The notes beneath the pieces were generated by a model. That model did not search any database and had not been told where the DNA came from. It saw only the letters and a program-made list of their open reading frames with translations. From a virus (Duplodnaviria; Caudoviricetes), in IMG/VR virus record IMGVR_UViG_3300032321_000388, positions 32,001 through 96,000 of that record: a DNA stretch of 64,000 nucleotides, one strand, 5' to 3'. Below are positions 17,689 to 25,665 of the stretch, in pieces. A program made the position numbers and the translations under genes. Numbering within the stretch: the first letter of the stretch is position 1; each line of letters starts with the position of its first letter.

Positions 17689-17790
17689 TTTAGATAAATA
17701 TAATAGGAAACTATATGTTTCTTTGATTGTGAATCCTGGTGCACTAGGTTAAATATCATTTGCTATACGAATCAACAACTTATAAAGTCG

Positions 17791-17819
17791 TTTACTTTAA
17801 TTGGAGATTGTTGTACAAT
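17791..17819 (+). promoter_or_regulatory. Early promoter
   Basis: GTTTACT-TTAAT..., 17-bp spacer, TACAAT. Confidence 0.7.
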
Positions 17820-17825
17820 ACTAGT

Positions 17826-18353
17826 ATGATTAGGCAAATTCTACTTTACGAATCTGATACTATATCGGTATACTGCTCACCAGCAGTATCTGAATCTTCC
17901 AATAGAGCATTGAGAACCTACGTAAAAGCGGCCATAGCAGCAGAAAAGACTCTAATCAAGGATATAAAAAAGAAATATCCAAAAACAACAAAGAACATCA
18001 AATTCAACTTTCACTATAAGAACTATAAAGCTGAAGATATGTTAGGTAGCTGTGATGTTGAAACTGATGATGATATTCGTATTGACTTAAATGCCAAGAT
18101 GATAGGAAGCAGTATATGTAAGACTATAGCTCACGAGCTAGTCCATGCCAGGCAATTTATATCTGGTCAATTAAAATATAATGTTCGTACTAAGTATTTT
18201 AGTTGGGAAGGCGATAAGCATAGATACATATATAGAAAACAACCATGGGAATTAGAAGCCTATAAGCTTCAAGAACGTGGTAATTTGAAAATGAAAAGGT
18301 GGTTATTAGATCATGTACATTATCAACCGACACTCAAAACACGGGACCTATAA
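17826..18353 (+). CDS. HExxH zinc metallopeptidase-like protein
   Basis: TIAHELVHARQ and QPWELEAY; start moved to the ATG downstream of the promoter. Confidence 0.8.
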   Translation: MIRQILLYESDTISVYCSPAVSESSNRALRTYVKAAIAAEKTLIKDIKKKYPKTTKNIKFNFHYKNYKAEDMLGSCDVETDDDIRIDLNAKMIGSSICKTIAHELVHARQFISGQLKYNVRTKYFSWEGDKHRYIYRKQPWELEAYKLQERGNLKMKRWLLDHVHYQPTLKTRDL

Positions 18354-18400
18354 AGCAAGAGTCCTGCAAGTAACACTACTCCAAGACTGGAAGTTCTAAA

Positions 18401-18970
18401 ATGAACATATTCTATCTAGACAATAATCCAGATACGTGTGCACAAATGCATGTTGATAAACATTGCGTCAAGATGATTCTTGAAACTTGCCAATTACTTT
18501 CAACAGCTCATAGGATATTGGATGGTATTCAAATAGAAGGTAAAACAAAAACTGGTCGCAGTATTAAACGATGGCAGTTGGCGGATGATCGAGATACTGT
18601 AATATATACAGCAACTCATACTAATCATCCATCAGCTATATGGGCTAGACAGAATAAAATGAATTATTATTGGTTATCTCTATTACTAAAATCTCTTTGT
18701 AAAGAATATACATATCGATATGGCAAGGTTCACAAATGTGAACAGATTGGTTTAGTTGAGAAGTTATCATATTTTCCAAATAATATACCAAATGGAGAAT
18801 TTACTGAGCCAACTCCAGCCATGCCTGATCAATATAAAATACCAGGAAACTCAATTCAGTCATATCATAATTACTATAATGGTGAAAAGCAAAGAATGTT
18901 TAATTGGAAGCAAAGACCAGTTCCAAACTTTATAAATAAAACTATAAAGGAAAATTATGCCAACATATGA
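18401..18970 (+). CDS. Pyrimidine-dimer DNA glycosylase-like protein
   Basis: MNIFYLD...DKHCVKMILE..QLLSTAH, HTNHPSAIW, EYTYRYGKVH, AMPDQY. Confidence 0.75.
   Translation: MNIFYLDNNPDTCAQMHVDKHCVKMILETCQLLSTAHRILDGIQIEGKTKTGRSIKRWQLADDRDTVIYTATHTNHPSAIWARQNKMNYYWLSLLLKSLCKEYTYRYGKVHKCEQIGLVEKLSYFPNNIPNGEFTEPTPAMPDQYKIPGNSIQSYHNYYNGEKQRMFNWKQRPVPNFINKTIKENYANI
18931..18938 (+). promoter_or_regulatory. Late promoter TATAAATA
   Basis: Exact consensus upstream of the FmdB-like/phoH genes. Confidence 0.6.
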
Positions 18971-19205
18971 TTTTAGAAACAAAGATACTGGTGAGGTATT
19001 TGAGAGAGTTATGAGTATCGCTGCAAAAGCAGAGTTTCTTGAAGCTAACCCAAATCTTGAACCATTAATCACAGGTCTTAACCCATTAATCGATCCAGTC
19101 AGATTAGGTATCCATAAAGCTGATGGTGGATTTAAAGAAGTATTACAGCGAATCCATGAAAAAACTCCTGGAAGCACGTTAAATAAAACTAGTAAATATA
19201 TCTAA
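18957..19205 (+). CDS. FmdB-like regulator (Cys-less variant)
   Basis: MPTYDF..TGEVFE; GFKEVLQRI...PGS. Confidence 0.65.
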   Translation: MPTYDFRNKDTGEVFERVMSIAAKAEFLEANPNLEPLITGLNPLIDPVRLGIHKADGGFKEVLQRIHEKTPGSTLNKTSKYI

Positions 19206-19213
19206 GGATCTAT

Positions 19214-19975
19214 ATGGCCCGAAATAAACGGGATAATAGCATTGTGGAGGCTGCGCAAGTTGAACACCCACAGCAACATATTAGTAATGGTTTAAGAATT
19301 AAACAAGAACAGTTAAAAAGGTTTGATCCATTAACTGAAAATCAAAAGAAGTTCTTTGATGCCTATAAGATAGGAGACTATTTTATAGCACTACATGGAG
19401 TAGCTGGAACTGGTAAAACATTCTGTGCTCTCTATAAAGCTATTGAAGAGGTATTAGACAAATCTAATCCATTCAATAAGATCATTGTCGTCAGATCAGC
19501 AGTACAATCTCGCGACATGGGCCATCTTCCCGGTGACGTATCAGAGAAGATGGAAATATATGAACAGCCATACCGTCAGATCTGTGATACCTTATTTGGT
19601 AGAAGAGATGCATGGGATCGGCTTGAGGAACAAGGATACGTTAAGTTTATATCGACTTCGTTTATTCGAGGTATGTCTTTCGACGACGCTATTATTATTG
19701 TTGACGAAATGCAGAACATGACTTATGAGGAAATCGACACAGTTATGACTCGTGTTGGTTATCGTTCTAAGATCATTTGGTGCGGCGATTATCGCCAAAC
19801 CGACTTAAATAAAAAGAAAAATGACGTTACTGGTATATTGAAATTTTTCGATATTGCTCAGCATATGAGTTCTTTTACTCGTATTGAGTTTACAGTTGAC
19901 GACATCGTTCGATCTAGTCTTGTTAAGGATTATATTCTTGCCAAGATCAGGTATGAAGACGCTATAGAAAAATAA
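19214..19975 (+). CDS. phoH: PhoH-family ATPase
   Basis: GVAGTGKT, GHLPG, FIRGMSF, VDEMQN, GDYRQTD, DIVRSSLV. Confidence 0.95.
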   Translation: MARNKRDNSIVEAAQVEHPQQHISNGLRIKQEQLKRFDPLTENQKKFFDAYKIGDYFIALHGVAGTGKTFCALYKAIEEVLDKSNPFNKIIVVRSAVQSRDMGHLPGDVSEKMEIYEQPYRQICDTLFGRRDAWDRLEEQGYVKFISTSFIRGMSFDDAIIIVDEMQNMTYEEIDTVMTRVGYRSKIIWCGDYRQTDLNKKKNDVTGILKFFDIAQHMSSFTRIEFTVDDIVRSSLVKDYILAKIRYEDAIEK

Positions 19976-19991
19976 AACTAAGGAGAACTAT

Positions 19992-20135
19992 ATGTTAACA
20001 AATGTTATTGTATTTTTAGTAGGCGCACATTTAGGCGCTAAATATCCACAAAAAGCAACATTGATTGTTGATACTGCTGCAGCTTTTGCTAAGTCAGTAT
20101 GGGCTAAAGTTGCTGGATTGGTAGCTAAAAAATAA
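19992..20135 (+). CDS. 47-aa hydrophobic peptide, possible holin
   Basis: Read by hand after AGGAG: MLTNVIVFLVGAHLGAKYPQKATLIVDTAAAFAKSVWAKVAGLVAKK; TAATG overlap with endolysin. Confidence 0.55.
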   Translation: MLTNVIVFLVGAHLGAKYPQKATLIVDTAAAFAKSVWAKVAGLVAKK

Positions 20136-20776
20136 TGGCTTTCGATTTCGATTTCACTGAGCAAAAACTAGGCCAAATACTTACTCGTAATAAGAATGTC
20201 CATGAGTGGTATGAAGCAATGGTTGTACAGTTACCTCAATTTGAAGTAACTTCTGCAAAACGCGTTGCTGCTTTTGTGGCCCAGTGCGCTCATGAATCAG
20301 CGGACTTTACAGTCTTATCTGAAAACTTAAACTACTCAGCAGATGCATTGAACAAACTATTTAGTAAGTACTTTGCTTCAGCTGGCAGAGATGCTGCTCC
20401 ATATCATCGTAAACCTGAAATGATTGCTAATGTAATATATGCCAATCGTATGGGTAACGGAGATACTGCAAGTGGTGAAGGTTATAAATTCAGAGGACGT
20501 GGTCCAATTCAATTGACAGGTAAGAGTAATTATCAAAAATTTGCTTCTGACTTCTTTGAAGATCCAGAAACAGTTATTGATGATCCTGACCTCGTTACAG
20601 ATGACGTGCCAACATCGCTTTATTCAGCACTATGGTTTTGGAATAAAAACAACCTAAACAAATTTGCTGATGTAAGTGATATTAAAGGGATGACAAAGGT
20701 TATTAATGGAGGATATATTGGTTTAGAAGACCGTATCAAACATTATGATCATGCAATTGAAATCCTTACTGCCTAA
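20135..20776 (+). CDS. Glycoside hydrolase family 19 endolysin
   Basis: AAFVAQCAHES, ENLNYS, YANRMGNG, FRGRGPIQLTGKSNY, INGGYIGLEDR. Confidence 0.92.
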   Translation: MAFDFDFTEQKLGQILTRNKNVHEWYEAMVVQLPQFEVTSAKRVAAFVAQCAHESADFTVLSENLNYSADALNKLFSKYFASAGRDAAPYHRKPEMIANVIYANRMGNGDTASGEGYKFRGRGPIQLTGKSNYQKFASDFFEDPETVIDDPDLVTDDVPTSLYSALWFWNKNNLNKFADVSDIKGMTKVINGGYIGLEDRIKHYDHAIEILTA

Positions 20777-20780
20777 TAAT

Positions 20781-20809
20781 TATACTTTAATTAAGTTTTA
20801 GAGTATAAT
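20781..20809 (+). promoter_or_regulatory. Early promoter-like motif
   Basis: TATACT-TTAAT..., 17-bp spacer, TATAAT; only 2 nt before the next ATG, so its use is uncertain. Confidence 0.55.
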
Positions 20810-20811
20810 AT

Positions 20812-21315
20812 ATGAAATGCGCAGTGTTATGTAATGGTCCCAGTCGGTCAACCTATAATCCAAAAACAGAATATGCATACCGCATAGGATGTAATATTCC
20901 GTGGACTAAGGTTGACTGCACTGTGATACTAGATCCGCAGTTAGTTAAAGTATTAGTAAATAACAAAAGTCTTATAGATTGTGCCGTATACTTTAGTCAA
21001 GCCGCTTGGGATTATGTTGAAGAAGTTGAAGCAGTATTATTGTTTAATAGTTTAGGCATCATAGAAAAGACTCGAAAAGGTTTATCAAGTGGTAACCTAG
21101 CATGTATTAAAGCAGTAGAGCTTGGTTATACCGACATAGATATATATGGAGCTGATGCAATGACTACAAATGATATACGCAGTAATAATGTTAGTAAGAG
21201 TTATACAAGAAACTTTTTAGATTCAGATAGTATGAATATGTCGCCAGACTGGAGACATAATTTTAATAGGATGATTGAAAGTCATCCAGAAGTTAATTTT
21301 AATTTTATAAAATAA
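20812..21315 (+). CDS. Rossmann-like protein, possible Maf/GT29-like glycosyltransferase
   Basis: CAVLCNGPS, IGCN, SSGNLA..AVELGYTDIDIYGAD. Confidence 0.5.
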   Translation: MKCAVLCNGPSRSTYNPKTEYAYRIGCNIPWTKVDCTVILDPQLVKVLVNNKSLIDCAVYFSQAAWDYVEEVEAVLLFNSLGIIEKTRKGLSSGNLACIKAVELGYTDIDIYGADAMTTNDIRSNNVSKSYTRNFLDSDSMNMSPDWRHNFNRMIESHPEVNFNFIK

Positions 21316-21319
21316 AAAT

Positions 21320-21559
21320 ATGGATAAAAGGAGTCAAATAGTTATGAAACAAATGAAAACTGTAATGTATATTACTGTTGCTGCTATTGCTATTGCGATG
21401 TTTGCTGGTGTACTACATGCAGATCCTAAACCAGTAAAGAAAGAACCAGTTAAAGTAACAAAGCAAGTTAAACCTGCATCTAAACCTGCAGCAGAACCAG
21501 TAAAAAAAGAACATAAAAAGAAACCAACCTTAAAGAAAAAGTACGCAGATAAAAAATAA
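21320..21559 (+). CDS. Small secreted Lys/Pro-rich protein
   Basis: Signal peptide ending VLHA, then basic low-complexity tail. Confidence 0.55.
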   Translation: MDKRSQIVMKQMKTVMYITVAAIAIAMFAGVLHADPKPVKKEPVKVTKQVKPASKPAAEPVKKEHKKKPTLKKKYADKK

Positions 21560-22210
21560 TTGAAGAACTTTATTTGTCATGATTTTCCAGTTATTGAACG
21601 ATTAGATCTACCAGAAGGAAGACGTTATAAAGTCCCTTCAGGTAAACTATATCCTTCAGTAACTACAGTAACTGGGCATCTAGATAAAGATTGGTATACT
21701 TCTTGGGTAGCCAGAGTTGGCGAAGAAGAAGCAGCCAGAATATCTAAGAAGGCTACAGATAGAGGTACCCGTATCCATGCTCTATGTGAGGATCAGTTAT
21801 TAGGTAAGAATCCTATGCCTGAATTAGTTGATATGGATATGTGGTCTGATCTCAAACCAGTTATTGATAAGATAGACAATATACATGCTCTAGAGAGCAA
21901 GTTATATTCCGATAAACTAGAAGTTGCGGGTACAGTAGACTGTATTGCTGAATTTGATGGAAGACTGTCGGTCATCGATTTTAAGACCTCCAAGAATCCA
22001 AAAGATATAAATAATATAGAACATTATTTTATACAAGCGACTGCATATTCGGTTATGTTTCAGGAGTTATACGATATAGCAATTCCTGATATAACTATAA
22101 TAATAGGAGTAGACCATGACAAACCACAAATTTTCCACCAGAAGCGTAAGGGCTTCATTCAGCAATTAATTGACCTTCGTCAATCTTTTAAAAAAATATA
22201 TTTACTTTAA
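21560..22210 (+). CDS. PD-(D/E)XK exonuclease
   Basis: YPSVTTV, RGTRIH, AGTVDCIAEFDGRLSVIDFKTS, QATAY. Confidence 0.88.
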   Translation: MKNFICHDFPVIERLDLPEGRRYKVPSGKLYPSVTTVTGHLDKDWYTSWVARVGEEEAARISKKATDRGTRIHALCEDQLLGKNPMPELVDMDMWSDLKPVIDKIDNIHALESKLYSDKLEVAGTVDCIAEFDGRLSVIDFKTSKNPKDINNIEHYFIQATAYSVMFQELYDIAIPDITIIIGVDHDKPQIFHQKRKGFIQQLIDLRQSFKKIYLL

Positions 22211-22229
22211 TTAAAAACTAGAGTATAAT
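22201..22229 (+). promoter_or_regulatory. Early promoter
   Basis: TTTACT-TTAAT..., 17-bp spacer, TATAAT. Confidence 0.75.
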
Positions 22230-22279
22230 AATACTAAGCGCATAAAAAGCTAAGTACCAATCGCAAGGAGTATATCCCC

Positions 22280-22798
22280 ATGAGAAAGACTTTCGCCGCA
22301 ATATTGGCTATATGTTACCTGTGCAGTTTTAACATTGCACACACAGAAACGTTATATAACAAAATTAAAGTTCTGACTAAGTCAGAAAAAAAACAAGTAG
22401 AATGTCTAGCACAGAACGTGTACTATGAGGCAGGATATGAACCTACAAAGGGTCAGATTGCTGTAGCACTAGTAACTCTTAATAGAGTCTATTCGGGATT
22501 ATATCCTAAGTCTATATGCGGTACCATGGCTCAAAAAGTAGAAGAGACATGCCAATTTAGTTGGTATTGTGATGACTACAAAAGAACAAAAGCTGTTGCT
22601 TATAGATATACTAAGCATGAGAAAGAAGTATTTGAACATGCCCGATCTGTAGCTACGTATACATACATGAACTATAAGAACATGCAAGACGTTACAAAAG
22701 GGGCTTTATTCTTTCATACAAAAGATGTAAATCCTAGATGGCAAAATGTTCGCGTAACAACAAGAATTGGAAATCATATTTTTTACAGAAAGGCTTAA
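22280..22798 (+). CDS. SleB-like cell wall hydrolase (Hydrolase_2)
   Basis: CLAQNVYYEAG.E, AVALVTLNRV, CQFSWYC, IGNHIFY. Confidence 0.9.
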   Translation: MRKTFAAILAICYLCSFNIAHTETLYNKIKVLTKSEKKQVECLAQNVYYEAGYEPTKGQIAVALVTLNRVYSGLYPKSICGTMAQKVEETCQFSWYCDDYKRTKAVAYRYTKHEKEVFEHARSVATYTYMNYKNMQDVTKGALFFHTKDVNPRWQNVRVTTRIGNHIFYRKA

Positions 22799-22800
22799 AC

Positions 22801-23475
22801 GTGGCAAAACCTGAAAATGAAACGTCAAGTATTCTTGGCAGTTTACTAAACAATGTTTATATCAATACAATAGAATCAACAATAAGAACACACGAAGTCT
22901 TTTTAGATAGCGAAATAGAAGAACCTGGTAGATATAGAGATTTAATATCATTATTAAATAATGCCAGTGAATCTGACAAGATCCATTTATTCATTAATTG
23001 TAATGGAGGCAACTTAGATTCTTCTGGTGCAATTATATCAGGTATCCTATCATCTCGCGCTGAGGTTACAGCATTCCTTATGGGAGCTTGTCATTCAGCT
23101 GCGTCTCTAATTACTATGTATTGTCATGCTGTTCATGTGTATGACACCGCATACATGATGATCCATACAGCATCATTTGGTTCTTCAGGAAATACTCCAA
23201 CAGTTAAGGCTCATACAGACTTTACAGTAAAACAATGTGAGAAACTAATGATTGATGCGTATGAAGGTTTCCTGACAAAATCTGAGATGGATAAGGTTCT
23301 TAATGGTATTGAATTATGGTTTAATTCTGATGAGATCAAACCTAGACTTAAGAAAAGATTTGAGGCTGTAGAACTTCAAACTAGGAAAGAAGCTGAAAAG
23401 AATAATGAGATCACTGAACCAAAGCCAAAGAAAGTCAAAACAAAGCTTAAAATAGATGATGGGGCTATTGAATAA
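22801..23475 (+). CDS. ClpP-like serine protease
   Basis: IHLFINCNGG, CHSAASL (catalytic Ser), MMIHTAS (His); GTG start 22801. Confidence 0.82.
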   Translation: MAKPENETSSILGSLLNNVYINTIESTIRTHEVFLDSEIEEPGRYRDLISLLNNASESDKIHLFINCNGGNLDSSGAIISGILSSRAEVTAFLMGACHSAASLITMYCHAVHVYDTAYMMIHTASFGSSGNTPTVKAHTDFTVKQCEKLMIDAYEGFLTKSEMDKVLNGIELWFNSDEIKPRLKKRFEAVELQTRKEAEKNNEITEPKPKKVKTKLKIDDGAIE

Positions 23476-23480
23476 AATTG

Positions 23481-23509
23481 TTTACACTTAATGATATTTG
23501 TGATATAAT
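23481..23509 (+). promoter_or_regulatory. Early promoter
   Basis: GTTTACA, 17-bp spacer, TATAAT. Confidence 0.75.
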
Positions 23510-23531
23510 GTACTTTTAAAATGAGGAAACT

Positions 23532-23795
23532 GTGATGAATATAACTCAGCATATTAATTTTACCTACCAAACTAATAATAGACCTGAGCTTGAAAAGCTA
23601 AAGGAATCTTTATTAAACACTAAAAAAGAGTATGATGTATTCTTTGAAGAATATCTAGAAGTGTTTGATGACAAGATGTCTGCATCAAGTACTCAAAATA
23701 CCCCAGAATGGAAAGCATATAAGGATAAGTATCAAGCTTATACCAAAATTACTGAGAATATCAAGCTGATAGACTACTATCTAGGTAGTATTTAA
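23532..23795 (+). CDS. Hypothetical protein
   Basis: GAGG RBS; 87-aa helical ORF. Confidence 0.55.
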   Translation: MMNITQHINFTYQTNNRPELEKLKESLLNTKKEYDVFFEEYLEVFDDKMSASSTQNTPEWKAYKDKYQAYTKITENIKLIDYYLGSI

Positions 23796-24022
23796 TGGAA
23801 GGCAAGATCTTTAAGAATAACAATGAGTTTGCCCTTTACATTGAGAACTTAGTTATAGAAAGAAAGATGACTCATATGGATGCAGTATTACTATATTGCC
23901 AACAGAACTTTATTGATCCAGAAGATATATCAAAACTCATTAATAAGAACCTCAAACAAAAGATCGAGATGAATATGATCGAGCAGAACTATCTTCCTAA
24001 GAAGGGTTCTCTTGATCTATGA
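23795..24022 (+). CDS. 33: Late transcription coactivator gp33
   Basis: FALYIE...MDAVLLYC...LINKNLKQKIEM; synteny 33-59-32. Confidence 0.85.
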   Translation: MEGKIFKNNNEFALYIENLVIERKMTHMDAVLLYCQQNFIDPEDISKLINKNLKQKIEMNMIEQNYLPKKGSLDL

Positions 24023-24642
24023 ATGGTTTTAAGGCGTATAGATATTACGTTGCCTTAAAGCTTCATTTTACTACCGATAAGTTTAATGTATTTGAAAATA
24101 AAGGCCATGTAAAGGGATCTTACGAGACTTTTAATGCTCGTAATGATAGGCATCTATTTGATAGATTAGCTCGTAGATTTGATACCGATCAGGAATTAAT
24201 TCAGTTCATGGTGTGCAATTTTGTTTATGGCAATCCTAATATGATATACAATCAAGAGGAAGCCGAACAGCATTATACTGAATGGAAAAGAGTTAAGGAA
24301 AGTATTACCAAGGTATTTCAAGACGACCTGAATACAATTGAACTTGAAACTCAGAAGAATAAGTATACCTTGGAGCAAATTTATAATTGTACAAATAATG
24401 ACTTTCCAGTTATAATTAAACTATATCTGGGAAAACGAATTAATCCTCAGACTATTAGTATCATATCAGATATTCATGAACCAATAGCTGAATGGAAAAA
24501 AGATCCTACCATGGGATTAATACTTGAGAACGAATTAAGGATCTTATATAAGATCAAGGGATTCTTTAAATATGATAGAAAGAAACTATCTAAAATATTT
24601 AGTGAATTTTGTACAAACTTTGATGTAGGTTTGTATAAATAA
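24019..24642 (+). CDS. 59: Helicase loader gp59
   Basis: AYRYYVALKLHFT, FNARNDRHLF; synteny. Confidence 0.88.
   Translation: MNGFKAYRYYVALKLHFTTDKFNVFENKGHVKGSYETFNARNDRHLFDRLARRFDTDQELIQFMVCNFVYGNPNMIYNQEEAEQHYTEWKRVKESITKVFQDDLNTIELETQKNKYTLEQIYNCTNNDFPVIIKLYLGKRINPQTISIISDIHEPIAEWKKDPTMGLILENELRILYKIKGFFKYDRKKLSKIFSEFCTNFDVGLYK
24634..24641 (+). promoter_or_regulatory. Late promoter upstream of gene 32
   Basis: TATAAATA. Confidence 0.6.
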
Positions 24643-24708
24643 AAATGGATAGAATTTATATCCTATACATTAATACAACGCAATATATTTTATATAAAGG
24701 AAAATACG

Positions 24709-25626
24709 ATGGACTTAAATACACTTCGCGCATCGCGCACAAACGATTTTGGCAAGATTGCTTCAGCTTTTGACAAAATTGCAAACCCACAATCAGAATC
24801 AAGATCATTTGAAGATGACCGATTCTGGAAACCAGAACCAGATAAAGCAGGTAATGCTACTGCAGTTATTCGTTTTCTACCACGTGTAGAAGGTGATGAT
24901 TTACCATGGGTAAAGATCTTCTCACATGGCTTCCAAGGACCTACAGGTAAATGGTACATTGAGAATTCACTAACAACGTTTGGTGAAAATGATCCAGTCG
25001 GAGAACTTAATACAAAACTTTGGAACTCAGGTTCTGATGCAAACAAAGAGATTGCTCGTAAACAAAAACGTCGTTTACATTTTATCTCTAATGTATTAAT
25101 TGTTTCTGATCCAAAACATCCAGAAAATGAAGGTCAAGTTAAACTATTCAAGTTTGGTAAAAAGATCTTTGATAAGATCATGAATAAGGCTAAACCTACA
25201 TTTGAAGATGAAAAACCAGTTAATGTATTTGACTTATGGGAAGGTGCTAACTTTAAATTACGTATGCGTAAGGTTGAAGGTTATCCTAACTATGATGAGT
25301 CAACATTCTCTGAGCCAATTCCAGTAAAACCAAGCGATGAAGAAATTCTAGCTGTTGTTAATAATCAACATAAGTTGACAGAATTCCTTGAACGTAAAAA
25401 CTTCAAGACATATGAAGAACTTAAAGCTAAGCTTGATTCAGTTTTATCTGGTGAATCTAATTACAGTACAGCAGAGTCAATGATGAATGATCCATTGCCA
25501 GTTGCCGAGGCTAGAAGTATTCCTTCTGCTCAAGCTCCTGCTCCAGTAGCTTCTAAAGCTCCTGAGATCAATGAAGATGACGATGATGTAATGTCATTCT
25601 TCCAAAAGATTGCTGATGAAGCGTAG
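24709..25626 (+). CDS. 32: Single-stranded DNA-binding protein gp32
   Basis: DDRFWKP, AVIRFLP, HGFQGPTGKWYIENSLTT, FDLWEGANFKL, acidic tail. Confidence 0.96.
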   Translation: MDLNTLRASRTNDFGKIASAFDKIANPQSESRSFEDDRFWKPEPDKAGNATAVIRFLPRVEGDDLPWVKIFSHGFQGPTGKWYIENSLTTFGENDPVGELNTKLWNSGSDANKEIARKQKRRLHFISNVLIVSDPKHPENEGQVKLFKFGKKIFDKIMNKAKPTFEDEKPVNVFDLWEGANFKLRMRKVEGYPNYDESTFSEPIPVKPSDEEILAVVNNQHKLTEFLERKNFKTYEELKAKLDSVLSGESNYSTAESMMNDPLPVAEARSIPSAQAPAPVASKAPEINEDDDDVMSFFQKIADEA

Positions 25627-25641
25627 TAGTTATAAATGAAG

Positions 25642-25665
25642 AAGGGACCGAAAGGTCCCTTTTTT
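25642..25665. terminator. Rho-independent terminator between convergent genes
   Basis: AAGGGACC-GAAA-GGTCCCTT followed by a T run. Confidence 0.9.

Noticed and set aside
21560-22210. Exonuclease as a Cas4/CRISPR component
   Set aside because: It lacks the four-Cys Fe-S motif, no cas genes or array are nearby, and it is a typical T4-like PD-(D/E)XK exonuclease.
24643-24708. T4-style gene 32 autoregulatory pseudoknot
   Set aside because: Only a weak 5-bp GGATA/TATCC hairpin and an AT-rich leader are visible, which is insufficient support.
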